Positions 1-11,765 of a stretch of DNA of 45,552 nucleotides are shown piece by piece. Position numbers and translations under genes: made by a program. Below the pieces are notes generated by a model that was not told the origin of the DNA, ran no database searches, and saw only the letters and a list, made by a program, of their open reading frames with translations. The DNA comes from Catajapyx aquilonaris. Taxonomy: Eukaryota. Location of the stretch: the NCBI GenBank assembly GCA_000934665.2, contig KZ538841.1, forward strand, positions 1 through 45,552, in the 5' to 3' direction. Within the stretch, counting starts at the first letter, position 1. Every line of letters starts with the position of its first letter.

Positions 1-420
1 ATTTGAAAATCCCGAGCGAAGGCCGCCATGCCTATTGTTGCTTACAGCGTTGCCACTTCGACGCCAACTGTAGAGTCGGCTCCTCACAAAATGACGAGTT
101 GCGGGGGAAGGACCATGGTGACCCCTATGAAAATCGCCACTAAATTAATCTCCCGACTTTCCCCCACATGAATATGGTTTTTGGTTAACATCTCAATGTT
201 TTTAATGGAGCTAGGGACACTTTTCTCGAGGCCCGCAGACCGGCTCCCATAAGGCTCCATGCATAAGGGGCCGCCAGAAGCCCAACTTTGAAAATTAATA
301 TCTCAAAAACGAGATAGACGAACCTCTTGAAACTTCCCAGGAGTATGTGCGACATGCCCAGGAATGGATGGTGTGATTTTCACGAAATTGTCAATGAATG
401 GACTTAGCGCAAGAACTACC
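1..420. mobile_element. Truncated end of a probable non-autonomous DNA transposon (Kolobok-like terminus)
   Basis: The sequence ends ...GACTTAGCGCAAGAACTACC followed by TTAA (421-424), i.e. TTAA|GG.. on the minus strand, matching the Kolobok pattern of an RR terminus with TTAA TSD. The other end lies outside the window. Confidence 0.35.
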
Positions 421-539
421 TTAAGGCGACTAGAAGTTAAATATTCAGTATTCAATTCGATTCAAGCAATGTTAGTTCCTGACATTTTGTAAACTTCTGG
501 ATACAAAATGCCTTCCAGAAGAAAACTACGTCCGGCCTA

Positions 540-1300
540 AGGCCAAACGATTGAAAATATGAACCCAATGGAATCTGCCCTTCCTTTGATGTCTAAAATG
601 ATGGGAAAAATAATCATGAAAAAGTAACGCTGATCATCTCCTTTCAAAGAAGCTTTAGAACAGGAAAAGAGCTTTCATCCACATAATTCCTCTGAAATAT
701 TCTCATAGCCATAAATTTCATAACTCGCCACCACTTTGTCAACAATCATATACAAACAGGGTACATCAACAGCATAGTGTAATTGTTAATTCCACGAATC
801 CTTGTGAAACTGTAAAAAAAAAAACTCCCGAATGAGGGATTAATATCTTTTATTCAACACGTAATTAACAATAATTTATTACCAATATTATACCTCACTT
901 TGTGCTAAACAACTGCTTAAGTTGATGACTATAATTATAGGGATATAATATGATTATGGCATTGGAAACCACCAAATAGGCCCTCTATGCAATATTTCTG
1001 TACTATGAAACAATGTGATTAATACACCAAAATTATTGATTTTGCTTAAGTAATTACAAACAAATTGCACCCAGTCGATATCTCTACTTTCTCCTTTAAC
1101 AAAGTTAAACGCCTGAGTCTCATTTCTATACTCGGGTTTCGCAATAAAGGGATGTTTGACAATAATTTTCTCACCGGCATTCAAAACGTCGTTTTCCGCT
1201 TTCAACCTCTCATTAATAACAGCAACCGAAAATTAACTTCATTGTAAAGTTGGAGCATCTCCATCCCCCTGGTTGAAGCCTGAGCACATCAGCATTTGTC
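540..1300 (-). pseudogene. Degraded Ulp1/C48-like cysteine peptidase remnant, probably TE-borne
   Basis: Frame-shifted minus-strand motifs occur in the expected order: DVLRLQPGG-W / LYNEVNF (~1290-1228, cf. LxPxxWLNDEVINF), then MIIFPII (~617-597), then GRFHWVHIF (~580-553, cf. IPI...HW). Stops and frameshifts are present, and no QxxxxDCG motif was found. Confidence 0.35.
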
Positions 1301-4300
1301 GATATTCCGCTTTGACTTATCTTTACGACAACAATACAATAAGTCAATCCAACAGCCCTTTCCTTCCTAAAAAGAAGTGCCAGTGGATATTGTGTCAAGG
1401 CCTCAGTTTCGACAATAACTCTCCTGGTATCTAAAGAAATAGCTCAGTGCGGTTATCAGTCGCCCGAGCCAAGATTAAATACTTGATCATTAGAGCAAAG
1501 AGAGTGGAGGCGTATTTAAAAGAACATGAGCCGATTTCAGCCCAGTACGGCACTTAATTAGCCCTTAGTAACTTATTGGCGAAGCTCCTAGAGGCCCGGA
1601 GGAGATTTGGGCTCTGAAAAGCCTTATTTTTTGTTCTTAATCCGGTACGCCAAAGTGTGCCATCTACACCCTAATTAATTATCTCCCATTCGCAATAAAC
1701 CCGTCAGTATATACCAAGCTCTCTGCATTCGCTTTGAACAGAATTCCAAGCAGCAGCAGCAGGCGATAATGTGCCATGGGACTATCGACCATATTTTGGC
1801 ACTGGCGATTGGTAGCGCAGTAATTACCAAACCACTTCCAATCAGTCTAGAAACACGTTTTAATACGTGTCGAGCACCGCAACAATCAATGACCAATCCG
1901 AATCAACTGCTTCTTTGGTCCGGATTGTAACGAAGCGGACGCACGTTTGCAAATTAGCAGAAATCTAATTTGAAGTGAGCATTCCTGTCCGTCTATTTCA
2001 AACTCACTCGACACGGGTCATCAGTGATCAGGCTGCCTAATGCAGGAATCACATGCACTCGTTAATCACATGTGTTCACGTGTGGATACATCTGTAGACA
2101 GATAATTACGGCTATTGGAATGCCAAGGGCTGTCTAGTTGCCGATATTTTGTATCCCTTTTTTAAAATGCATATAATTTTTCAAGTTTTCTGGTTGTTTC
2201 GCAGGAGTTTAGAAGAATGAAGTAGTATACCTTTTTTCCTCAACATCTCCTGTGGTCACAAGCAATGCGCTTCCCTATTTGGCATTCTTCCGTCCCATTG
2301 GCCGTGCGAAACCTCGGAATAGCCAAGCGTGAAAAATGCGACAGGCGGCAAGGAAGCGACAAGGTGTAATCCTTCGGTTCGATGCATCTCGTAAACTAGG
2401 CCCTGTCGCATGCGGTGATGCCAGCAGGCCCAGGCGATATTTTCGCCAATAAAATTCCTATCTTGCTACTCTCTTAGGTATGGCCATGAAGCGGTCCCAC
2501 CCCGGTATGACATTGAATATACCAAAACTACCCGGGCCACCGACTGCCCATGTAATACCATATACCTATCATAGATGGCGCATATTCCCTCTCTGTTTTC
2601 GTAATAATACTGTCCTCTACACGTAATCTCATTACTGCACCTCAATCCACAGTGGCATAGGCACAGAGGACTGGTCCCTTGACGAATTCTAGACAGGCTG
2701 GAGGAAAAGGGCCAGACATACATACCTTTTCTGGTGATTGGAAACAAAGGAGTGGCAATGGGGCCCAACGGCCAAGCAGGCCTATCGATCAAAGTGACGC
2801 CTGGAATAGAAGCTGGGGTCCGGAAACGCACGGGGGCATGAAGAAAAGTAATGCTCCGGGATTTCGAGAACTATTTCGTTAAGTGCGACAAATCAGCAGG
2901 GGGGAGATACAAAACTTCTCTTCGATTTTTCCTTCTTCGGTCCCTTTGTCTTTCGTCTCTTTTGGAGTGTAACAGGGCATCCACTTCAAGCTATCCAGAG
3001 GAGTCTGTGATCAATTGCTGGCTGGATAAACCATCTGCTTCGCTGCCCAATGGAGGTCCAAGAGATTCATTTTGCAATGCCTAGCCTAAGCTTGTAATCC
3101 TAGGATGTCGTAAAATTTGCACATTTTTAACAAAGTATGTCATTCCCCCTGTATTACGTTATTTTCGTGAAAATACTGTACCTCAAATTTCTATTTCTAC
3201 CGACCAAGCCCTAGTATATAATTTTTCACAGTTAGAGTAAAACTTAGTTAAATTCAGCATAGACCTACTCGATAGGGAGCAATACATTACAAAAAAAATG
3301 AAATTTCAAATTATGTTTGACTTGGATTATTGTGTTCCACTTTTATGCTTATGCACACAAGGGACTCCTGGTCCAGAGGAATAGTCCTTATTAAATTCTG
3401 ACTTGAAGCAGGGAATCTTCAATATTCTTGTGCATATTTGAGAAGAAGCTTTCTGCTCGCTATAATCGTTCTGCGGCCATTATTAATGCCTGGCGGGCCA
3501 GCTTATGCAGAATGTCGGTCACAGCTTTTAATATCAATATATTTATACGCATGCAGAATACCTGCTTTGTCTCGTTTGTCGCAGTAAACCACATCATACG
3601 CATTCCCTTATTAGCGCACTCTCCCTCAGCTCTCCCTTAGCGCACGCACTCTCCTGCTTTCTACCTATAAAACATTTCCACATACTGGATACCTCAGGCC
3701 TCCACATAACATACTCGTTATGTAGGCTTAGTATGCTTTATGAGTTTCCATGCCTGGAAGCATCGTGTGGCGTCGTAAACGACAGCTTGTACAGTACATT
3801 ACCGGAAACTAATGAAAATATGCAAGGTAACTGGACCATCAGGTACAAACATTTCCCCCAGGCTCGTATTTATTATGCATGTAAACATGGTTTGGAGGTT
3901 CAAACTTTCCCCTTCGAGGTGCTGTGTTCACAGGGTGCGAGACGGGTTGTAATTAGTGAATTCGGTTAGGCCCTTTTTAGCATGGCGAGGTGAGTTATTT
4001 TCTTGATGTCATCAGGATATCATCAATATGACAAAAATCTAGCCAATGGAATAATTTAGCTTCATAACTTTATTTTCTTATAAAAAGGAAAGTGCAGAGC
4101 TACAAGAGTATAATAACAATTTGAGCAAAGAAATTAAAATATTTATAGAAAAGATGTCATAAAACATACCGGTATTTTAAGGTTGACATATGGTTTCCAA
4201 AGCCTATATTTAAAGTGATTTAGAATAGATTTGGAAGTCATTCGCCGCATATCATTTATTTCATTTTATGCTCCGCATTTCAATAACGTACCATGGATAT

Positions 4301-5005
4301 TTGTGGAGACAATTAGCTTAACAAATTTCCCCCTCTTTATGAAAGACAGGGCGGATTTGCAACCTGCCGATAGACAAGTACAACAGAGATCCTCCATATG
4401 TCCAGCAGCTGGAAAAGGAATTGTAGCCTGGGGGATTACACTGTATAAATCGGTTGGAAAAGCCTTCTGTCTCAAAAAAACCTTCCTATGTACTCCACTC
4501 TCTGCTCTTCCTTCCCCAGCTCACCCCTCTCCCTCTGTTATCCTTATAATACTCTACTCAACAATTTCAAGTGTACGTCACTAATCCTCTACTAGTCTAG
4601 TTACCTGGTGGGGAGGAGGGCCTGGAGTGTTTTTTCACATTCTTTTGCCCTGTACCATGTAGCATAATATTGTCGACGCTTTTTAATGAAATAATACCTC
4701 AAATAATTCTTTCATACAATCATCAATAATATTGGATGAAGCATGTTTCAAAAATATGTCTTAAATTTACTGGGCTCTCCTAATCCTGCGTGAGTTTCAA
4801 AATCGAATAATTGCTCATTTCATGACACGTACGTACAAGCTATTATAAGGTGCAAGTCACACATCATTTCAACAAAACAATAAAACAGTAAAACAAACAG
4901 CGCGGAAAATACAAAAAGAAAAACGACGATGACTGGTTACTCCTATAGACACAAGTGGCAATCACCATTGCAGCTCTTGGCAAGCAAATACCCGTATAAT
5001 ACAGT

Positions 5006-5103
5006 GGTTGCCGTGGGAGCAGGATATGAGATTGAGGATAATTACTGTACCGGAAGTACCGCAGAAATTCTTAACACCATTATATCCTGCTCCCCAGGCA
5101 ACC
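5006..5103. repeat. Small inverted-repeat (MITE-like) element
   Basis: Inverted arms GGTTGCCGTGGGAGCAGGATAT ... ATATCCTGCTCCCCAGGCAACC. Confidence 0.5.
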
Positions 5104-5397
5104 AATCTGCCTATCCGCAGCTACATTAGTGGTTCCCGCCTGTGTCTACCATGGTGGAAGACCTGGAGTTTTGGCTCCCCGTATGCAGGATGGTCAGTAC
5201 GTAACTCGAACATTATTTAGCTTCAAATCACAACGGATGTTTCAATATTTTAAGACCAAAATATGCTGCCGGTACGTCATTTTTTACCTCGAGTTACAGG
5301 TATACGGGGTTGAAATTGCTGTATGTTAGTTTTGGACGCATAGGAAATGTTCGTCAGAGTATAGCATACCACCTGTCTTTCAGGGCGGATAATTATA

Positions 5398-6221
5398 CAG
5401 GGTGTATCAAAACTCTACCGTAAGACATGTACCAATGGCATAAGGGGCACCAGAGCATCATTATATGTAGAGGGGTCATCATCTCTAGGCAGCCGCATCA
5501 CGTAGATCAGCGGTTTTCAAACTAGGGTACGCGTACCCCTGGGGGTACGCGAACACAATTTTGGGGGTACGCGAAAGATTTCGTGCAATGGCGTCCGTTG
5601 TCTACATTTGTGGGGAAAAAATGGAAAAAAATATGGAAAAAAACAAACCTATATCGACTGACTGTGGAAAACGACTTGAGACTCAAATTGACGTCACTTG
5701 TAGAGTACCAAACATTGACCACTTGTGCGCAAGCAAGGAACCAGACCCATCACACTAACTGGTTATTAGCGCTCGCAATTACTACGTACCTATTATAAAT
5801 TATATGGTAGGATGAAAATGGGGCGTACAAACTGTCTTGACAAATTTTAAAAGGGGTACGCGGCGAAAAAAGTTTGGGAAGCCCTGACGTAGATAATTGA
5901 TCATTTGCGAAGTAGCGATTGCGCTTAAGCGTGATTGTAGAATAGCAGTGCATCTGAGGGGAACTGCATTCTAAGAGCCCTTAGTGACTACCCCAATAGC
6001 AGTGTGGCAGTAGCCCCCCAGAAAATAGCTGCGACATCACCTGTGATGCGATTGGCGGCTGAAGGTTTGCATACCTGCCAGGATATTTTATACCTATTGG
6101 TTGAGGTCAATTATCTCGGTCATGCGGCGGCCCAGGCCTATGATTCCGATACTGTATATGATCATCTGCTGACCATTACGCCATTGGCATATGGCTTACG
6201 GTAGAGTTTTGATACACCCTG
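5398..6221. mobile_element. Tc1/mariner-type MITE (TA TSD) with a nested hAT MITE
   Basis: TA|CAGGGTGTATCAAAACTCTACCGTAAG ... CTTACGGTAGAGTTTTGATACACCCTG|TA; the TIRs extend about 40 bp. Confidence 0.9.
5508..5886. mobile_element. hAT (Buster/Charlie-type) MITE
   Basis: Termini CAGCGGTTTTCAAACT ... AGTTTGGGAAGCCCTG, GGGGTACGCG subterminal motifs, and a perfect 8-bp TSD ACGTAGAT (5500-5507, 5887-5894) fitting nnnTAnnn. Confidence 0.92.
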
Positions 6222-6545
6222 TAGAGTTATAGACGTAGTACGATGCACGGAATAATCCTATACATGAAGGAGAGACATATTCAAAGTCTAATTGCCTACA
6301 AACCCCTCTAGAGTCCCAAAATTGATGTGCAGGTAGGTTTTAAAATGACATTGTATTATCTCAAGCAGATCCATGAGTCACAAACCATCCTAGATGTCAC
6401 TAGGTCACTCGTCAATAGCCCAAAATTGTACAGAATATGATACATGCGCCCAGGAAGTTACTTTCAAAGGATATTGCATTATTTTGGTTAAAGGCTTATA
6501 GCCTTATGCTGTATAATATTTATTTCCCCAACAGAGGTACAAATA

Positions 6546-7383
6546 CAGATGAATCCGGATATAACAGACTTCAAGGGACCGCGGAAAAGTATGTTATAGC
6601 CAAAGCGTCACTTTTGCAACACATTCACACCGTTTTCTGCTTCCCATATGCTTATAATGCGCACTACTACATATACTGATAGCTATAAACTCCATCAAAA
6701 ATGCAATATTAGCTCACCCAAAAATTATGCAGGACCAAAGCAAATCCATAATTTTCTTATGCCGTCTCCTTACTTGCCAATTATACAGTATACCAGCAAA
6801 AGCACATTTTGACACGAAGGGTCCAAGATGTGGTTTGCTATACAGGGTGTATCTGAACTCAGTGCCTTCCTAGCCACCAGAGGATCGATTTAAGATAGGA
6901 ATCATTATGTTTGGCCTCCGCATTACGGAGATACACTCTTTAGCGATTTTTGCCTCATCGCTCCTTCTGACTTTTAAATAGAATTTTCTGGTGTAACTAG
7001 CCAAAGAGGCCTTACCACCTGTGGGCAACAAACCAACAAAGTCCCGCCCCCAGACCTTCCAGAGCCTTCTGACTGGGGGAGGGTTCGATGGGTGGCCTAA
7101 CCGACAGGATATTTTGTACTGCATGTTTGCGGCCAATTATCTCTGTAATGCGGCGGCCAAACATAATGACTCCTATACTTAAATCGATCCTCTGGTGGCT
7201 AGGAAGGCAGTCATATACGTCGGGGCACTGAGTTCAGATACACCCTGTATAGTGGAGGTGAGGCGAAAATGAGTGTTATATTAGGAGTAAAAATGCACAG
7301 GGCCTTATGGCGGGACCGGATTTTCGAGCCTGTTATAACCGAAAGTCCGTTATAGCCTAGACTGTTATAACCAGGTTCAACTG
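6546..7383. mobile_element. pogo/Tigger-type MITE (TA TSD) with a nested MITE
   Basis: TA|CAGATGAATCCGGATATAACAG ... CTGTTATAACCAGGTTCAACTG|TA, with repeated GTTATA subterminal motifs. Confidence 0.82.
6843..7247. mobile_element. Tc1/mariner-type MITE with long TIRs
   Basis: TA|CAGGGTGTATCTGAACTCAGTGCC ... GGCACTGAGTTCAGATACACCCTG|TA, with about 90 bp of imperfect inverted arms. The interior resembles that of 5398-6221. Confidence 0.9.
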
Positions 7384-8390
7384 TATTTAAATAATAAATA
7401 TTTGATTGGCATTATGGAGCTAACTAAACGGCAAATAATGCAAGATAATTATGACGAACCGTTGCTAAGGTAACCGAGTTGTAAACAACACCTGTAGGTA
7501 GGTTATTGTTGAGAGGAGTTGCAGCAAAAAGAGACGTTCCATTTTCTGGTCCCACGATAATAATTGTCCCACTCATCTGTGTCCTGATGGGTAAGTCACA
7601 ATTAACAAGTGTAATGGTCAATAATACAGTCATGCGACATATCATGGTGGCCAAGGCATGCATGCATTTCAGACACTCCACGTACTCACATCAGCGTTTT
7701 CCAGCTTTGGAGATACGTAAAAGCATTTTGGACTCTTTTGAGGTGTGCTCTGAGTCCCGTTACTTATGGAAAATTTTTCAAGACGACGCGGAAGCGTACA
7801 CATGTACAGGTAAAATGATGACAGACCTGATTCACATATATGGGTGATTCTCCAAAAACTTACCATTTCAAACAAAAATTAATGAATTTCAAAACTTGTT
7901 TTAAAAATCAGGAAAAAATTCTCACTTACTATATATGAGGTCACAAATCAGGGAAAAATATGGGGAACTAACTCTCATATTCTGAAATGGGTGAAACCTT
8001 CCGGGATTGATTTTGAAGTTAACTGAAATAATTTTTATGGGAAGTTGTTCCTCATAATATTATATCAAAAAGTGAAACTCAGTTTTTAAATATCTGTCCC
8101 CAAAGTAGTGAAAACCTGGGCTCAAAAGTCGAGAATTTGGAATATTGTTGCACTTGAAATGACCACAGTAGGCACGAAAAAGCTGCCGGAATTTTAATAT
8201 TAATTTTTCAGACACTAGTTGATGAAGGACAATTTTGTTAAAATTTTAACTGCGCGCAACAGTGTAATGTTCCATTTGCAGTGTTGCCACATTGTGCAAG
8301 TAGGACACATGCCTATCCTTCAGCAGATATACGTCTAGGAGAAGCCAATCGGACATTGACGACTCTCTCCCTCAAGTCTCTCTAACTCCT

Positions 8391-8551
8391 GGAGCCGTAT
8401 ACTCATCAAGGTCACTCGCAATCGACAAAGTCGATTGACGTCAAATTACGTCGCCAATGATGACCAGGGCAGGGCGAGGAGAATTGGCGACGTCATTTTG
8501 ACGTCAATCGACTTTGTCGATTGCGAGTGACCTGGATGAGTATACGGCTCC
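8391..8551. repeat. Near-perfect hairpin / palindromic mini-element
   Basis: GGAGCCGTATACTCATCAAGGTCACTCGCAATCGACAAAGTCGATTGACGTCAAA...TTTGACGTCAATCGACTTTGTCGATTGCGAGTGACCTGGATGAGTATACGGCTCC; arms about 68 bp, loop about 25 nt. Confidence 0.9.
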
Positions 8552-8856
8552 TGGCACAGAAAATGCCAGGAGAGTGAATATTATTTCCAGGAGTTCGGGA
8601 GCCTGAAGAATGACCCATGCATGCAATAGGATTAATATCAAGGTCCAGAACAAACGTTGACTCTGGAAATTTCTGTGGGTTCATGATATCCTTCATGCCA
8701 CGGAATCACAGTTATTTCAAAACGTTTCAGCTATTTTGTGACATAGAAAAATGAACCAGGAGTGTGAATGCAAAATGTGCCACATAACTGAATTTAAAAT
8801 GCCTTAATTTTTTAATCCACTAGAAGACGGACCCCTTGCACATCAATCTGTAGTTA

Positions 8857-10489
8857 TAGTCCGGGTGCTAAGGGGTTGAACTTTGCATTTTGTGACAAAA
8901 GTATGAAACACGGTACACTTGTCCTTTGGACACTTCTGATCATATCTGGACGTGGAGCCACGATGACCCACCCCGGTGGTGGTCCATTTCGCAGGGTTTC
9001 CATAACTACCAGATGCAGCATCCTTTTAGGACCTTGTATTCGGTGACAAAAACATGAAACTCGCCACAATTGGTATTTGGACACTTCTGAACATGTCTGG
9101 ATGTGGGGCCATGATGACTGACCCCGCTGTGGGTCACTTGCAGGGTTACCAGATCTAACGGACCAAACATACATCTCTGAGAAGATCATGTGAATTGGGA
9201 GCTTGCATTCGGTGATAAAATCGTGAAACGCGGTACGGTAGTTCTTCGAACACATCTCAACATATCTGGACGTGGGGTCACGGTGGGTGACCCCTGGTGG
9301 CCTCGCCAGGGGTCACTATCTCGGAGTTGCCAAATCGAACATGTGTTGCACACCTTTACATGAATAAGGGCCTTGCATTCGGTGATAAAACACTGCTAAA
9401 ACATGAAACTCGCCCCAATTGGTCTTCGGACACTACTGAACATGTCTGTAAGTGAAGTCACTATGGATGACCCCACTGGGGGTCACTCGCAGGGTTGCCA
9501 GATCTAATGGGCTCTCTAAGTAAACTATGTGAATAGGGAGCTTGCATTCGGTGACAAAGACGTGAAACTTGGTAGAATTGTTCTTTGGACACTTCCGAAC
9601 ATATCTGGACTTGGAGCCACGATGACCCACCCCGATGGAGGGCACTATAGCGGCGTTGCCATATCTGACAGACTGTGCAACATGCGTTTATATTTTGATA
9701 GGGAGCTTGCATTCGGTGACAAAGCCATAAAACTTGGTACGCTAGTTTTTTGGACACTTCCGAACCTATCTGGACGTGGAGCCACGATGACCCACCCCGA
9801 GGGAGGGCACTATCGCAGGGTTGCCATATCTAACAGAATTTGCAACATGTGTTTATTTTTGAATAATGAGCTTGCATTCGGTGACAAAGCCATAAAACTT
9901 GGTACGTTAGTTCTTTGCGAACTTCCGAACATATCTGGACGTGGGGCCACGATGACCCACCCCGAGGAGGGAGGGCACTATCGCGGCGTTGCCGTATATA
10001 GTCGGGGTAACCTAGGAATTCTCCATATGAATAGGGAGCTTGCATTCGGTGACAAAGCCATAAAACTTGGTACGTTAGTTCTTTGGACACTTCCGAACAT
10101 ATCTGGACGTGGAGCCACGATGACCCACCGAATGCACGCTCATTATTTAAATAAAAACACATGTTGCACATTCTGTTAGATATGGCAACCCTGCGATAGT
10201 GCCCTCCCTCGGGGTGGGTCATCGTGGCTCCACGTTCAGATATGTTCGGAAGTGTCCAAATACCAATTGTGGCGAGTTTCATGTTTTTGTCGCCGAATAC
10301 AAGGTCCTAAAAGGATGCTGCATCTGGTAGTTATGGAAACCCTGCGAAATGGACCACCACCGGGGTGGGTCATCGTGGCTCCACGTCCAGATATGATCAG
10401 AAGTGTCCAAAGGACAAGTGTACCGAGTTTCATACTTTTGTCACAAAATGCGAAGTTTGGGTCAAATTTGTCCCTTAGCACCTGGACTA
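8857..10489. mobile_element. Foldback non-autonomous DNA transposon (Academ-like TAG termini, 3-bp TTA TSD) made of ~165-170-bp tandem repeats
   Basis: TTA|TAGTCCGGGTGCTAAGGG ... CCCTTAGCACCTGGACTA|TTA. More than 230 bp at the two ends are near-identical in inverted orientation. Confidence 0.8.
8880..10460. repeat. Satellite-like tandem array, unit ~165-170 bp: about 8 forward units, then about 2 inverted units
   Basis: The motif CTTGCATTCGGTGA recurs at 9202, 9372, 9541, 9706, 9871 and 10039, with diverged copies at ~8881 and ~9032. Orientation flips at ~10128. Confidence 0.92.
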
Positions 10490-11206
10490 TTAAATCAAGG
10501 TGTCATGGAGAAGCAGTGTTATCAAATAACTGAGTAAAAATCCCTTTGTTTCACTGCAAATTTTAAAATAATATACTGATCCAGGAGAGTAACATGAAAA
10601 CTCGGGACACACTTTGGAGTGATGCAGCAAGGTCATGTCGAATGAATAAATAGTTTTAAAAATGTTGTTTTATACCTTCAACTATGTACAATTTAATTAT
10701 ATTATTGAAACTTGTCTAATGTTAATGATAAAATTGTAAGAAAATATGGCATGCTTTAAAATGAGATCGGGACATGCCAATAATAGTGATTTTAGGCCCT
10801 TATACATATTTTGCAGTAAAACTTAATTTAATATTTTTCTTTGTTTTCATGGGTGGCTAGGTGTCAACTGCTTCTCCAAATGTTTAGAAAATCAACTCTC
10901 TCAGTCAAGCCATTTTTGAGTTATTATGCCGGTACATGGTATTTGTAAGTTTTTGGAGAATCACCCATATATGTAAACAAGTACAGAGAGTAACAATTAG
11001 TCGTAGTAATCGCATCACTAATTGCGATTGGCTCACAATACACATTCATTCATACAAGCATTATTATTTATGTAACATAAACTTTTTTTGACGTTACATG
11101 AATGAGGGTGTAGAGGAGAAGGATGAGCTCATGCTCATACCACTGGCTTTTGCGAGATGGGGGTGTGAGGTCAAGTTAGGCTTCCAATGACTGAGTAGCC
11201 TATATG

Positions 11207-11417
11207 CAGGGTGGTCCACCTAACTTTATACAGGCGCTCAGGTCTGCATTGTTGCGAATCATTAATTAATGATAATTAATGATATTTAAGTCACATGATT
11301 TTCATTGCAGGCAACTTATGTCCCCCTTGACATCCTATAACTTCCATCTGACGTACTTGACATGATTGGCAACAGTGCAGACCTGAGCGCCTCTATAAAG
11401 TTAGGTGGACCACCCTG
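11207..11417. mobile_element. Tc1/mariner-type MITE
   Basis: CAGGGTGGTCCACCTAACTTTATACAGGCGCTCAGGTCTGCA ... TGCAGACCTGAGCGCCTCTATAAAGTTAGGTGGACCACCCTG|TA. Confidence 0.9.
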
Positions 11418-11419
11418 TA

Positions 11420-11765
11420 TAGGGTGTTTCTAACATACTAGTCCAGCCAACGTCCGTCAGCCAAAACAAGTCGAAAATGTAGGGGGGAGAAATGTCGAGG
11501 GAGATGACCAGAAACACTGACCGGTGGTTGCCGAAGTTGCAAGATATGATCGGTGATAATCACTTCTGTGAAAGAGGTGACCTTGCAAATCCCCACAGTC
11601 GCAATTTTCACGCTCATATCCTCCTTCGGCAACCATTGACCAATGTTTCTGGTCAAGGTCATGTTAACGGTTGCTCCCTCGACATTTCTCCACCCTACAT
11701 TTTCAACTTCTTTTGGCTCAAGGAATACGCTGACGGCCGTTGGCTGGACTAGTAATAAACACCTG
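11420..11765. mobile_element. Tc1/mariner-type MITE abutting the previous one
   Basis: TAGGGTGTTTCTAACATACTAGTCCAGCCAACGTCCGTCAGC ... GCTGACGGCCGTTGGCTGGACTAGTAATAAACACCTG. Confidence 0.8.

Larger units (their letters stand above)
7842..10966. mobile_element. 3.1-kb non-autonomous TIR transposon (Sola2-like: GGG termini, 4-bp ATAT TSD)
   Basis: ATAT|GGGTGATTCTCCAAAAACTTAC ... GTAAGTTTTTGGAGAATCACCC|ATAT, a 22-bp perfect TIR. No transposase ORF. The superfamily is tentative because a TA-TSD parse is also possible. Confidence 0.78.

Noticed and set aside
9529..10179. 216-aa ORF with 55-aa repeats, and the overlapping ORFs at 8854-10533
   Set aside because: A by-product of 165/168-bp satellite units being multiples of 3. 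It has no ATG at the ORF start, neighbouring 169-170-bp units break the frame, and it lies within a TIR element.
8880..10460. CRISPR-like repeat-spacer array
   Set aside because: Units are homologous over nearly their whole length with no unique spacers, there are no cas genes, and the context is eukaryotic.
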